From Anaerolineae bacterium (GTDB lineage Bacteria; Chloroflexota; Anaerolineae; B4-G1; SLSP01), in NCBI GenBank assembly GCA_034676805.1, contig JAXDDO010000024.1, positions 43,323-107,322 of the forward strand: a DNA stretch of 64,000 bases, read 5' to 3'. The position numbers and the translations under genes are program-made. A model generated the notes under the pieces. It ran no database searches. It was not told where the DNA came from and saw only the letters and a list, made by a program, of their open reading frames with translations. Every line of letters begins with the position of its first letter. Position 1 is the stretch's first letter. Of this stretch, positions 34,676 through 44,023 are shown piece by piece.

Positions 34676-35113
34676 CTATAGTGTCGATCCCCAGAATGGC
34701 TCGCGCTCGCCCGGAGACCGGCGGATGCAGTCAACAAGCGGCACAGGCTGAAGGTTGCGGTGCTGCAGGTCATCTAGCCTCGCCCACAGGAACTCGAGAT
34801 GGGCCTCTTGCGACTCAGGGGGCACCGGCGGGGCGATGCCCGGTAACCGTACCTCGAAGATGAGGTTGATCTCGTACTGCTTTGCCCCGGACACTTCCCA
34901 GGTGGCTTCGACAGCCCCAACAAAGCGCTCGACGACCACCTCAAGCACCCCCAACTCCTCCGCAAGCTCCCTCCGCAGGCATTCGACCGCCCCCTCACCA
35001 GGCTCGATATGGCCGCCGGGCAGGAATGTGTCGTTGGCCCCGATTTCGTGAGCCAGCAGCACATGTCCGTCGATCTTGCAGATGCCACGCACAAGGTAGT
35101 GAAAGCGATTCAT
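34676..35113 (-). CDS. NUDIX hydrolase
   Basis: 145 aa with the Nudix box GGHIEPGEGAVECLRRELAEELGV. Confidence 0.8.
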   Translation of the reverse strand: MNRFHYLVRGICKIDGHVLLAHEIGANDTFLPGGHIEPGEGAVECLRRELAEELGVLEVVVERFVGAVEATWEVSGAKQYEINLIFEVRLPGIAPPVPPESQEAHLEFLWARLDDLQHRNLQPVPLVDCIRRSPGEREPFWGSTL

Positions 35114-35139
35114 AGAGAGGTCATCCTTGGGTACGAAAG

Positions 35140-35168
35140 AGCCGGGGCCCTTGCGGAGCCCCGGCTAT
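35140..35168 (-). terminator. hairpin (AGCCGGGGC/GCCCCGGCT) downstream of the OFOR gamma subunit gene, a weak terminator candidate
   Basis: A 9-bp stem followed on the minus strand by CTTTCGT. Confidence 0.35.
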
Positions 35169-35193
35169 GCCTCACATCATCCGGAGCCGACAA

Positions 35194-35751
35194 TTACCCA
35201 CTCTGTCGCGCCAACTCGGCTCCGCGGTGCAGCGCCCGCTCATTGGGCTCGAGCCACTTGCGTTGACGCTCGGAAAGATGCTCATCCAACTGCTGCACAA
35301 TCGTCTGGAGTGATACCAGCCCCGTCAGTTCGACGAAACCGCCCAGCAGCACCATATTCGCCATCCGGACGTTGCCCAGCTCCGTGGCGACGTCGGTCGC
35401 GGGCACGAAGACCGCTCGCACGTCCTCTCGCGCGCTCCTCGCCGTAATCAGCGAGCTGTTGACCAGGAGCAGCCCGCCCGGCTTGACCAGCGGCTCGTAC
35501 TTCGTGAACGACGGACCATTGAAGACGATCGCTGCCGTGGGATGCCGCACCACGGGCGCCCCGATTTCCTCCTCGGACAGGATCACGGTGCAATTCGCCG
35601 TACCACCGCGCATTTCGGGGCCATACGAGGGAAACCAGGTGACATAGAGGCCCTCAGCCAGTCCCGCATAGGAGAGGAGTTGCCCCGCAAAAAGCACGCC
35701 CTGACCGCCGAACCCGGAGAAGACCGTCTCTTCGTGCCGCATATGCACCAC
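35194..35751 (-). CDS. 2-oxoacid:ferredoxin oxidoreductase gamma subunit
   Basis: 185 aa with FSGFGGQGVLFAGQLL, typical of the POR/KOR/VOR gamma (PorG) family. Confidence 0.85.
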   Translation of the reverse strand: MVHMRHEETVFSGFGGQGVLFAGQLLSYAGLAEGLYVTWFPSYGPEMRGGTANCTVILSEEEIGAPVVRHPTAAIVFNGPSFTKYEPLVKPGGLLLVNSSLITARSAREDVRAVFVPATDVATELGNVRMANMVLLGGFVELTGLVSLQTIVQQLDEHLSERQRKWLEPNERALHRGAELARQSG

Positions 35752-35754
35752 CTC

Positions 35755-36558
35755 CTATACGCGCAGGGCCTTGACCTCATCGGTCATCTTGAATGTCTGT
35801 ACGGGGTAGTAAGCGCTCATGTGCTCCTTGGCCCATTGCATCGCCGACCATGGATCTACGTTCCAGTTGGTGGGACACGTGGCAAGGACCTCAATACACG
35901 CGAACCCGAGCCCGTTCATCTGTGTCAGGAACGCCCGCTTGATCGCCTGCTTGGTCTTGCGGATACTGGCCAGATCTACCGCCATCTCTCGCGCAATGTA
36001 TGCGGCACCAGCCGTCTGCGCCAAGATCTCCGACATCCGCATCGGGTAGCCTGCGAGGCGGCAGTCCCGTCCCGTCGGTGTCGACGTCGTGACCATGCCC
36101 GACAGCGTTGTGGGCGCCATCTGCCCACCGGTCATGCCGTAGATCGCATTGTTGATGAAAACAGTCGTGATCAGTTCGCCACGGTTCGCCGCATGAATGA
36201 TCTCAGCGGTCCCAATCGCCGCCAGATCGCCATCCCCTTGATAAGTGAAGACGATCTTGTCGGGGTTCACGCGTTTGAGCCCTGTCGCCATAGCCGGCGC
36301 ACGCCCGTGAGACGCCTCGACGAAGTCCGTGTTTATGTAGTTGTAGGCCAGCACTGCGCAGCCCACCGGCGCGACGCCGATGGTCCGCTCCCTGATCCCG
36401 AGCTCGTCCAGCACCTCGCCCACCAGGCGGTGCACAATCCCGTGGACACAGCCGGGACAATAGTGGGTGCTGGCCCGGGTCAGCGACTCCGGGTATCCAT
36501 ACACCAGCTCCATCTCATCCTGGATCTGGGCTTCTGCAGTCTCTAAGTGCTCTACCAT
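35755..36558 (-). CDS. 2-oxoacid:ferredoxin oxidoreductase beta subunit (TPP-binding)
   Basis: 267 aa with CPGCVHG and the TPP motif GDGDLAAIG. Confidence 0.9.
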   Translation of the reverse strand: MVEHLETAEAQIQDEMELVYGYPESLTRASTHYCPGCVHGIVHRLVGEVLDELGIRERTIGVAPVGCAVLAYNYINTDFVEASHGRAPAMATGLKRVNPDKIVFTYQGDGDLAAIGTAEIIHAANRGELITTVFINNAIYGMTGGQMAPTTLSGMVTTSTPTGRDCRLAGYPMRMSEILAQTAGAAYIAREMAVDLASIRKTKQAIKRAFLTQMNGLGFACIEVLATCPTNWNVDPWSAMQWAKEHMSAYYPVQTFKMTDEVKALRV

Positions 36559-36593
36559 TTGCTCCTCCTGGTTCTGTCGCTGTGACGCGGCTA

Positions 36594-37658
36594 CTACCGC
36601 ACAGCAACGTCAGCCGCCAGAGCGTCGAGATCCAACTTGATCTCGTCCACCATGGGAATCACGCCACCCATGCGCCCGTGGAAGCGGATCGGCACGCGGC
36701 CCTGGGCCACACGTTCGACATCCTCCAGCATCTGCCCGGCGCTCATCTCAACCACCATTATGCCGCGCACCTGATGCGAGAGCTCCGCCAGCCGTTCCTC
36801 CGGGAAGGGCCACAGGGTCCGGGGTCTGAACAGCCCCACCTTCAGCCCCTCTCGCCGCGCTTCGCGCAGCACCGAGACGCAGATGCGTCCGGAGGTTCCG
36901 TAGGCGACGAGCAGTACCTCGGCGTCCTCGGTCTGAACCTCGGAGAAGCGCGCCTCGTGGTGTTTGATCTCCATCAGCTTGGCCTGCAGCCGCTTGTTCA
37001 CCACCTCCAGGTTCGCTGCCCCCAGGTAGAGTGAGGTGATTACGTTACGCTCGCGCCCTTGGGCACCGGTGGTGGCCCATGCCGGTCGTGTCTTGCGCAC
37101 AGGTTGCATGGGCGGCAATTCGGCAGCCTCCATAATCTGCCCAATGCTGCCATCGCCGGCGATGAGGACCAGCGTGCGATACTTCTCGGCCAACTCGAAC
37201 GCCAATGCCACGTCATCGATAAGTTCCTGCACGTTGGATGGGGCCAGGACGATAGGATGAAAGTCACCATGACCCGCCGTCTTGGTCATCAAGAAGTAAT
37301 CCGCCTGTGAAGGTTGGATGTTGCCGAGTCCGGGACCGCCACGCATCATGTTGACGACGACCACGGGAATCTCCGATCCGGCAATGTACGATAGCCCCTC
37401 AGCCATCAGCGAAAACCCCGGACCCGAGGTCGAGGTCATCGTCCGCACGCCCGCACACGCCGCGCCGTAGACCATGTTAATCGCCGCGACCTCGCTTTCG
37501 GCCTGCAAGAAGACGCGCCCCTCCTCGATCATCCGGCCCGAGAGATGCTCCAGCGCCTCGCTCTGGGGTGTGATGGGGTAGCCGAAGTAGGCTTCCAGCC
37601 CGTTACGGACTGCGGCCTCAGCAAAAGCGATGTTGCCTTTGAGCAGTTGCTTGACCAT
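36594..37658 (-). CDS. 2-oxoacid:ferredoxin oxidoreductase alpha subunit
   Basis: 354 aa with N-terminal [27 protein letters not shown]. Confidence 0.9.
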   Translation of the reverse strand: MVKQLLKGNIAFAEAAVRNGLEAYFGYPITPQSEALEHLSGRMIEEGRVFLQAESEVAAINMVYGAACAGVRTMTSTSGPGFSLMAEGLSYIAGSEIPVVVVNMMRGGPGLGNIQPSQADYFLMTKTAGHGDFHPIVLAPSNVQELIDDVALAFELAEKYRTLVLIAGDGSIGQIMEAAELPPMQPVRKTRPAWATTGAQGRERNVITSLYLGAANLEVVNKRLQAKLMEIKHHEARFSEVQTEDAEVLLVAYGTSGRICVSVLREARREGLKVGLFRPRTLWPFPEERLAELSHQVRGIMVVEMSAGQMLEDVERVAQGRVPIRFHGRMGGVIPMVDEIKLDLDALAADVAVR

Positions 37659-37669
37659 CGCGACCTCCT

Positions 37670-37918
37670 CTACGCCCCTACAGCAGCGACGCGCGGCTGC
37701 CGTTTGCGCCTGTAGACGGTGAACACCACGTCAGGGCAGATCGTTGCACAGGACGCACACCCGATACAGGCCTCGGCATCGGTCACGACAACGGGGTGAT
37801 ACCCCTTGGCGTTGTATGTGTCCGTGGCGAGTTGCAGGATATTGACCGGGCACACGTGGGTGCAGAGGCCGCAGCCCTTGCAGCGATCCACATCGATCAC
37901 CACCATTCCTCTGCCCAT
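37670..37918 (-). CDS. 2-oxoacid:ferredoxin oxidoreductase delta subunit (2x[4Fe-4S] ferredoxin)
   Basis: 82 aa with two CxxCxxCxxxCP motifs ([12 protein letters not shown]; [12 protein letters not shown]). Confidence 0.85.
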   Translation of the reverse strand: MGRGMVVIDVDRCKGCGLCTHVCPVNILQLATDTYNAKGYHPVVVTDAEACIGCASCATICPDVVFTVYRRKRQPRVAAVGA

Positions 37919-37983
37919 ATAACCTCCTCGTGGTTAGCGCACGAAACACGCTACGTTAGCGATCCAACGTCCCTCATAAACAA

Positions 37984-38009
37984 GTAGGGGCGCCCCTGGG
38001 CGCCCCTAC
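37984..38009 (-). terminator. GC-rich 11-12 bp hairpin between oadB-like and the OFOR delta gene; candidate terminator or operon boundary
   Basis: GTAGGGGCGCCC / GGGCGCCCCTAC, followed on the minus strand by CTTGTTTATG. Confidence 0.45.
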
Positions 38010-38016
38010 CTATGGT

Positions 38017-39159
38017 TCATCCACCCACCATGGGCAAGACCAGGGTAAGCAAGATGCCGCCCGCGATGACGGACCCCAACTGTCCCGAGGTATTGGCCCC
38101 CATCGCGTGCATCAACACGAAATTGGAGAAGTCTTCCTCTTGAGCCACCCGCTGCACCAACCGCCCTGCCATCGGGAAGGCGCTGATACCCGCCGCCCCG
38201 ATCAGGGGGTTGATCCGCTTGCCCGAGAGCAAATACAGCAGCTTCCCGAACAACAGCCCGGCGACGGTGTCGAGTCCAAAGGCCACCAATCCCAGAGCCA
38301 GAATCTTGAGCGTATCCCAGCGCAAGAAGCTATCGGCCGTCATCATGCTGCCCACGACCAGCCCCAAGAAGAGCGTCGCGATATTGATGATCTCGTTCTC
38401 GGCGGCGTGCGCCAAGCGAGGAACCACTCCCGCCTCTTTCAGCAGATTGCCGATCATCAGCGAGGCGATGAGCGGGGCGGCCTTGGGCACAAGCACACCC
38501 ACCACCACAGTGACAATGATAGGAAACAGGACCAACGCCAACCGCGATACCGGGCGGGGGGCGTAGACCATCCGGGTCATCCGCTCCTCGCGTGTCGTCA
38601 TCAGCCGCATGATCGGCGGTTGGATGATGGGCACCAGGCTCATATACGAGTAGGCCACGACCGAGATCACGCCCAGAAGATGGGGCGCGAGCTGGTTGGC
38701 GACATAGATACTGGTCGGACCGTCAATCGCACCGATGATGCCGATACTGGCGGCCTCAGCCATCGGGAATTTCAGCAGCAGCGCTAGCATCAGCGTGCCG
38801 AAGATGCCGAATTGTCCAGCGGCCCCCATCAGGGCAAACAGCGGCTGGGCTAACAACGGACGGAAGTCCATCATCGCGCCAACACCCACGAAGATCAGCA
38901 GCGGGAAGAGCTCGTTGTCGACCCCAGCCTGTTTGATGACGGCGAGCATACCTTGCTCGCGCAGGTCGATCATTGCGGAGAGCGGCAGATTGCCAATGAT
39001 GCAGCCCATGCCGATAGGCAACAACAGCACCGGCTCGTACTCCTTGGCGATCGCCAGGTAGATCAACAGACCACCAAGGCCCATCATGATCAGGCTCGGC
39101 CAGTTATCAACCAGAGCTGTGAGGCCTGCTACGAGACTGCCCAGATCGACACTGTTCAC
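38017..39159 (-). CDS. Na+-translocating decarboxylase beta subunit (OadB/MmdB family)
   Basis: 380 aa polytopic protein with the OadB signature IGNLLKEAGVVPRLAHAAENEIINIATLFLGL. Confidence 0.9.
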   Translation of the reverse strand: MNSVDLGSLVAGLTALVDNWPSLIMMGLGGLLIYLAIAKEYEPVLLLPIGMGCIIGNLPLSAMIDLREQGMLAVIKQAGVDNELFPLLIFVGVGAMMDFRPLLAQPLFALMGAAGQFGIFGTLMLALLLKFPMAEAASIGIIGAIDGPTSIYVANQLAPHLLGVISVVAYSYMSLVPIIQPPIMRLMTTREERMTRMVYAPRPVSRLALVLFPIIVTVVVGVLVPKAAPLIASLMIGNLLKEAGVVPRLAHAAENEIINIATLFLGLVVGSMMTADSFLRWDTLKILALGLVAFGLDTVAGLLFGKLLYLLSGKRINPLIGAAGISAFPMAGRLVQRVAQEEDFSNFVLMHAMGANTSGQLGSVIAGGILLTLVLPMVGG

Positions 39160-39243
39160 CGCGTCTCCTTAGACTACTGACTTACTCTCAGGGCCATCGT
39201 TCGTTCCGGGCGTCCGGTGCACGACGGCACAGTCCAGCACCGG

Positions 39244-40035
39244 TTAGCGCGTCTGCACCGCCTGCCGAAGCACACAGGTCATCAGGTACATCGGTCGCTC
39301 ACACCTGAACTCCAGCGCCTCAAACAACGCGAGCGCGCTCGCGTCATCCTGGTTCACCACCGTGAACACCCTACGACCTTCCGCCTGATGGGCGAGCACA
39401 AGCGCCGACACCACCTCAGCGCCCAGGACCGCGTGCGGATAGTCGTGGCGTGTGACAACATTGTCGATCTGTGCCGCACCAGGAATGGACAACATCGTCG
39501 TCCCCATCGCGACCAGCTTGCGCCGCTCCCAGATACCAAATGCCGGACCGTATTGCAGCGGGTCAGGGGAAACCACGTTCAACGTGACCTTCTCCGTTCG
39601 CGCCAGCGCTTGAAGCGCACCGACATCGTGGCCGGCCAACTGGGAAGCGCGGCCCTTGTTCAGCGTAGCGCGGTCGCCGCGATAGACGAGCTGCCACTTT
39701 GAGCGAACGGACACCACATCGAAGGCCGCAGCTACCACATCGCGCTGTTCCTCATTGACTAACAGATCCACCTCGCTGCCCGGGTCGGCAAGGAAGGTGG
39801 CGTAGGTCGACAGCAGCTCTGCGGACTCGCCGATAAACGCCAACGCCATCTTCGGCATGCTACGACAACTGGCTACCGACATCACGGGCGAAGCGGCAAT
39901 GTCACATTCAGGCGCCAATGTGGTCACGTTGGCCACAAAGCTGAAGTGTGCCAACGTCCAATCTATATCGCGTGTGCGAGCCTGGATCTCACTCGCCAGC
40001 GGCGAGAAGCGATCCCCGGCAGCGTGATAGTCCAT
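39244..40035 (-). CDS. hypothetical protein embedded in the decarboxylase operon (possibly an acyl-CoA N-acyltransferase-like fold)
   Basis: 263 aa with no strong motif recognised. It is translationally coupled to the BCCP gene (its start at 40035 against the BCCP stop at 40037). Confidence 0.5.
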   Translation of the reverse strand: MDYHAAGDRFSPLASEIQARTRDIDWTLAHFSFVANVTTLAPECDIAASPVMSVASCRSMPKMALAFIGESAELLSTYATFLADPGSEVDLLVNEEQRDVVAAAFDVVSVRSKWQLVYRGDRATLNKGRASQLAGHDVGALQALARTEKVTLNVVSPDPLQYGPAFGIWERRKLVAMGTTMLSIPGAAQIDNVVTRHDYPHAVLGAEVVSALVLAHQAEGRRVFTVVNQDDASALALFEALEFRCERPMYLMTCVLRQAVQTR

Positions 40036-40036
40036 C

Positions 40037-40477
40037 TTAAGCCTCGGCGATCACCATCAAGGGGGCTCCATGCTGCACCTGCTGCCCCACGGTGATCAGG
40101 ATCTCCTTGACCACACCGGGATAAGTGGCCCGGATGGGATTGTTCATTTTCATAGCTTCGAGCACGCACAACTCCTGCCCGTTCACCACCGCGTCTCCAG
40201 TGGAGACGCTAATGCCGACGATGGTTCCGGGGAGTGGGGCCGTCACCGCACCTGAGGCAGCCGAGCTCGATTTGACAGCCGGCGCAACCTGCGGCACCGC
40301 CATAGTCGGCTGTACCTGTACCGAAGCAGGCGCCGGCATAGCCGCCGCAGCGGCTGCGGGCTCGATCTCCACTGCGAACAGCTCGCCATCGATGATAGCG
40401 CGGACAGGTCGCTCGCTCGGGTCAGGCACCTCAACGCGGTAGTCTTTCCCTTCAACGGTCACCCGATAGATCGGCAT
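40037..40477 (-). CDS. biotin carboxyl carrier protein (decarboxylase gamma/biotinyl subunit)
   Basis: 146 aa with an Ala/Pro-rich linker and a biotinylation motif (LEAMKMNN) in the C-terminal biotinyl domain. Confidence 0.85.
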   Translation of the reverse strand: MPIYRVTVEGKDYRVEVPDPSERPVRAIIDGELFAVEIEPAAAAAAMPAPASVQVQPTMAVPQVAPAVKSSSAASGAVTAPLPGTIVGISVSTGDAVVNGQELCVLEAMKMNNPIRATYPGVVKEILITVGQQVQHGAPLMVIAEA

Positions 40478-40509
40478 AGACTTTCACCTTCTGGCTGATT
40501 AGCCGGGGG

Positions 40510-40902
40510 CTATCCCCGTACCCGCCGCGCCTCATAGTGGGCACGGCGTGACAGATGCAGTCCCCGCGCGTAGCTGTTCCACACTTCGTCGCCCCCCGGA
40601 CGTGCTTCACCGTGCAGCGCCAAGGGGGGCTGCTCGTACGCCACCACCGCTTGGGCTACGGCAACAGCGGCTGCTAGTGCACGTCGCCGGCCCTCGGCTG
40701 CGTCAGATGACGCTTCCCCCAGACTCATCGTACCCACGCGGCCTACCTCGTCCAGCGCTGGGGCGGGGCTGATTTCGGGTTGTCGCTCTCTGGTCAGGTA
40801 GGTCAACAGATACATTCCCAGCGCCAGCGCACCGATGCTACTGAACGTCATCCCCATGCCCCACGCCGTGAGCAACAGGGCCTGCCTCATGACCTCACTC
40901 AT
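40510..40902 (-). CDS. OadG/MmdD-like small membrane anchor subunit
   Basis: 130 aa with an N-terminal single TM (LLLTAWGMGMTFSSIGALALGMYLL) and an Ala-rich tail, similar to OadG. Confidence 0.5.
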   Translation of the reverse strand: MSEVMRQALLLTAWGMGMTFSSIGALALGMYLLTYLTRERQPEISPAPALDEVGRVGTMSLGEASSDAAEGRRRALAAAVAVAQAVVAYEQPPLALHGEARPGGDEVWNSYARGLHLSRRAHYEARRVRG

Positions 40903-40911
40903 CGCACCTCT

Positions 40912-42456
40912 CTAGACCGGCATGATGCCATGCTTCTTGGGCGGCACGTGGCGGATCTGCTCCTGGAGCGTCCGCAAAGCCGCGATCAACTCGGAGCGCG
41001 TCTGGGCCGGCTCGATGACGTTGTCCAGGATGCCGCGTTTGGCCGAGTAGTAGGGGTTGGCATAGGTCGCACGATAGTCCGCGACCAACTGGGCCCGCAG
41101 TGCCTCGGGATCCTCGGCGGCGCTCAACTCGCGCCGGTTCAGGACGGCCACCGCGCCCTCCGGACCCATCACCGCGATCTCGGCTGAAGGCCACGCCAGG
41201 TGCACGTCGGCACCCAGGCTCTTGCTGCCCATCACGATGTACGCGCCGCCGTAACCCTTGCGCGTCACCACCGAGATCTTGGGCACGGTCGCCTCCACAT
41301 ACGCGTAGATGATCTTGGCGCCGTGGCGAATGATGCCGCCATGTTCTTGATTGACGCCCGGCAGAAAGCCGGGCGAGTCCGCAAAGGTGATCAAGGGCAG
41401 GTTGAACGCATCACAGAAGCGCACGAACCGCGAGATCTTGTCCGAGGCGTCAATATCGATCGAGCCCGCGAGCACCAACGGTTGCTGCGCCACCACACCT
41501 ACCGGCATCCCATCCAGGCGGGCAAACCCAACGATCGCGTTCTGAGCCCAGCTCGACTGAACCTCGAACCAGCTACCGCGATCCATCACGTGTCCGATAA
41601 CCTCCAGCATATCGTAGGGCACGTTGGGCGACTCGGGGACGATGGCGTTCAGCGCCGGCTCCGCACGGTGTGGATCATCACTCGGCGGCGCCGCCGGCGG
41701 CGAGGCGACGTTGTTGGAGGGAAGATAGGAGAGCAGCGTGCGCACCAGATCCAGTGATGTCGCCTCGTCGACTGCGACGAAATGCGCCACGCCGCTGCGT
41801 GAGGCGTGCACCCGCGCCCCTCCCAATCCCTCGTGGTCGATCTCCTCACCCGTTACGCTCTTCACAACATCCGGCCCGGTGATGAACATCATCGAGCTCT
41901 TATCGGTCATAATCACAAAATCGGTCAAGGCCGGGCTATAGGAAGCACCACCGGCGCACGGCCCCAAGATAACCGAGATCTGGGGGACCACGCCCGAGGC
42001 CAGGGCATTCTGCCTGAAGACCTCACCGTAACCCTGCAGCGACAACACGCCCTCCTGAATCCGCGCGCCGCCGGAGTCCAGCAGGCCAATGATCGGGGAG
42101 CCGTTCTGGACCGCCATCTCCTGCACCTGGACGATCTTGCGCGCGTGGGCCAGCGATACCGACCCGCCATAGGCCGTGAAGTCCTGGGCATAGGCGAACA
42201 CGGTCCGCCCATCGATCTTGCCATAGCCGGTGACGACACCATCCCCCAAAACGGCCTCCTCGTCATCGGGATGCGCCACGGCAAATGGCTGCAGCTCGCG
42301 GAATGTGCCATCGTCCAGGAGGCGCGCAAGCCGTTCGCGCGCTGTCATCTTGCTCTTAGCGTGTTGACGATCGATGCGCTCCTGCCCGCCCCCAAGCTCG
42401 ACTTGTGCTTTGTGGGCGCGCAGTGCTTCCAGGCGCGGATCTTCGGGTTGGCTCAC
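40912..42456 (-). CDS. acyl-CoA carboxyltransferase (methylmalonyl-CoA decarboxylase alpha / PccB family)
   Basis: 514 aa with two crotonase-like CT domains. Its start overlaps the ubiE-like stop by 4 nt. Confidence 0.9.
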   Translation of the reverse strand: MSQPEDPRLEALRAHKAQVELGGGQERIDRQHAKSKMTARERLARLLDDGTFRELQPFAVAHPDDEEAVLGDGVVTGYGKIDGRTVFAYAQDFTAYGGSVSLAHARKIVQVQEMAVQNGSPIIGLLDSGGARIQEGVLSLQGYGEVFRQNALASGVVPQISVILGPCAGGASYSPALTDFVIMTDKSSMMFITGPDVVKSVTGEEIDHEGLGGARVHASRSGVAHFVAVDEATSLDLVRTLLSYLPSNNVASPPAAPPSDDPHRAEPALNAIVPESPNVPYDMLEVIGHVMDRGSWFEVQSSWAQNAIVGFARLDGMPVGVVAQQPLVLAGSIDIDASDKISRFVRFCDAFNLPLITFADSPGFLPGVNQEHGGIIRHGAKIIYAYVEATVPKISVVTRKGYGGAYIVMGSKSLGADVHLAWPSAEIAVMGPEGAVAVLNRRELSAAEDPEALRAQLVADYRATYANPYYSAKRGILDNVIEPAQTRSELIAALRTLQEQIRHVPPKKHGIMPV

Positions 42457-43229
42457 GCTCTCCTCCTGTTGGCTTCAGCCTCGTACGGCACCGGCTCCTC
42501 GGCTGCCACGGGTTTCACACCCACGTGTATCGCCACCGTTCCTAGCATCATCAAAGACCAACGCACTTCGCGCAGGCCGGCCTGAACCATTGTCTCCGCC
42601 AGCGCTGCCGGGCTGCGGAACTCCCTTACCGACCGCGGAAGATAGCAGTAGGCCTCCCGATCGCCACTGATGAGAAGCCCCAAGAGCGGTGCCAAACCGA
42701 AGAAGTAGATGTGGAACAACCAACGCAGCGGAAAGCGCTGCGGCCATGTCATCTCCAGGCAGACCACCCGCCCCCCTGGCCGGACGACCCGCCTCTGCTC
42801 GCGGAACGCCTGCGCGACGTCGGGGACGTTGCGCATCATAAACCCCGACATAACACTGTCGAAGGCGTCATCGCCAAACGCCAACGCGAGCCCATCGCTT
42901 ACCACCAGGGGAAATACCCCCCCTTCTGTCCGAGCCTGTGCCTGCGCCTTGACGCGCGCCCGGTCGAGCATCGCCGGCGTCAAATCGGTCGCGATAACCC
43001 GCGGACGGGATGGGTGCGCCTGTGCCAACAGGGCCAGATCCCCAGTCCCGGTGGCTACATCGAGTAAACGTCCGCCAGACGGTAGCGCCAGCTGCGCCAA
43101 TGCGGCCCGGCGCCACCGCTGATCTTGCCCCAACGACATGATCCGGTTCGCCCGATCGTAGGCCCTGGCAATGCGAGTGAAAAGATCGCGGATCGCCTGC
43201 TTCTGATGCTGCTCAGCCTCAATTGGCAA
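42453..43229 (-). CDS. ubiE: UbiE/MenG family C-methyltransferase (demethylmenaquinone/ubiquinone methyltransferase-like)
   Basis: 258 aa with YDRANRIMSLGQDQRWRR, LDVATGTGDL and PGGRVVCLE, matching UbiE collinearly. TTG start with AGGTGA upstream. Confidence 0.85.
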   Translation of the reverse strand: MPIEAEQHQKQAIRDLFTRIARAYDRANRIMSLGQDQRWRRAALAQLALPSGGRLLDVATGTGDLALLAQAHPSRPRVIATDLTPAMLDRARVKAQAQARTEGGVFPLVVSDGLALAFGDDAFDSVMSGFMMRNVPDVAQAFREQRRVVRPGGRVVCLEMTWPQRFPLRWLFHIYFFGLAPLLGLLISGDREAYCYLPRSVREFRSPAALAETMVQAGLREVRWSLMMLGTVAIHVGVKPVAAEEPVPYEAEANRRRA

Positions 43230-43429
43230 ACTGGATCACCTGCCCCACATTCAAACTCAAGCGGTCCCCGGACAACCACCACCATACGCCGGCATGCTGC
43301 ACGCCTGCCGGGGGACCTTGGCAATGGCATTATAGTCCGGGCATGGGGTCAACCGTAGTGGGAAGTGTCACATCCCGCGACGATGACTCTCACCTACGTA
43401 TAGGAAGGGACGGCAGTCGAACGAGCGCT

Positions 43430-44023
43430 CTATTGTAGATCCTCGATCAGCGCGTCCAACGTACTCGATAACCTGAAGGGGAAGTGCATTTCTACAGGGA
43501 TTTCGGTCTGCAGGTGATAGGTGAGCGAGATCGGCACGTTCGCTCGAATGGGAACCTCAACCGTCGTGCTGACCGGAATGACGGTATCCACAGGTACGCT
43601 GATGTTCTGGCGGCCCAGCACCGGCAGTGTGATATACGTATTGATCACGGTCTTGAGCGGATAGTTCATCTCGAGAGGGACCACGAAGACCTGATCGATC
43701 GGAACGGTCATCTGGATAGGGATGTCCTCATCGACCGCCACATCCAGGACCAGGGGCTCGCTCTCGGTAGCGACCAGGGCGTCGCGCGCCGACTGCAGTG
43801 CCTCCCGCAGGTCCTGTCTCATCCCCAGCAACACAACCGCCAGGACGACGTTGAGGAGCAACGAGCTGACGACCAGCGCCGATATGGCCAGGCGCCAGAC
43901 CCGGAGCAGCGCGCCTGCAGCCCGCCCTGGCGCAGGGGCCACGTCCTGCAACGAAGACGCAACGTGCTGCGGCGTAGTAGCAGTCTGCTGCGGCGTAGTA
44001 GCAGTCTGCTGCGGCTTATTCAT
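43430..44023 (-). CDS. hypothetical single-pass membrane protein with an N-terminal PQQTATT tandem repeat
   Basis: 197 aa with one TM (LAISALVVSSLLLNVVLAVVLLGM) and a Pro/Val-rich extracytoplasmic part. Its start overlaps the pyrD-like stop. Confidence 0.5.
   Translation of the reverse strand: MNKPQQTATTPQQTATTPQHVASSLQDVAPAPGRAAGALLRVWRLAISALVVSSLLLNVVLAVVLLGMRQDLREALQSARDALVATESEPLVLDVAVDEDIPIQMTVPIDQVFVVPLEMNYPLKTVINTYITLPVLGRQNISVPVDTVIPVSTTVEVPIRANVPISLTYHLQTEIPVEMHFPFRLSSTLDALIEDLQ
43966..44015. repeat. 21-bp tandem repeat, about 2.4 copies (GCTGCGGCGTAGTAGCAGTCT)
   Basis: Read directly. It encodes the duplicated PQQTATT at the N-terminus of the 43430..44023 gene. Confidence 0.8.

Noticed and set aside
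43290-43350. Perfect TATAAT with a TTGACC on the minus strand upstream of ubiE
   Set aside because: The spacer is only 12 nt, too short for a sigma70 -35/-10 pair. TATAAT alone might still function but this is unsupported.
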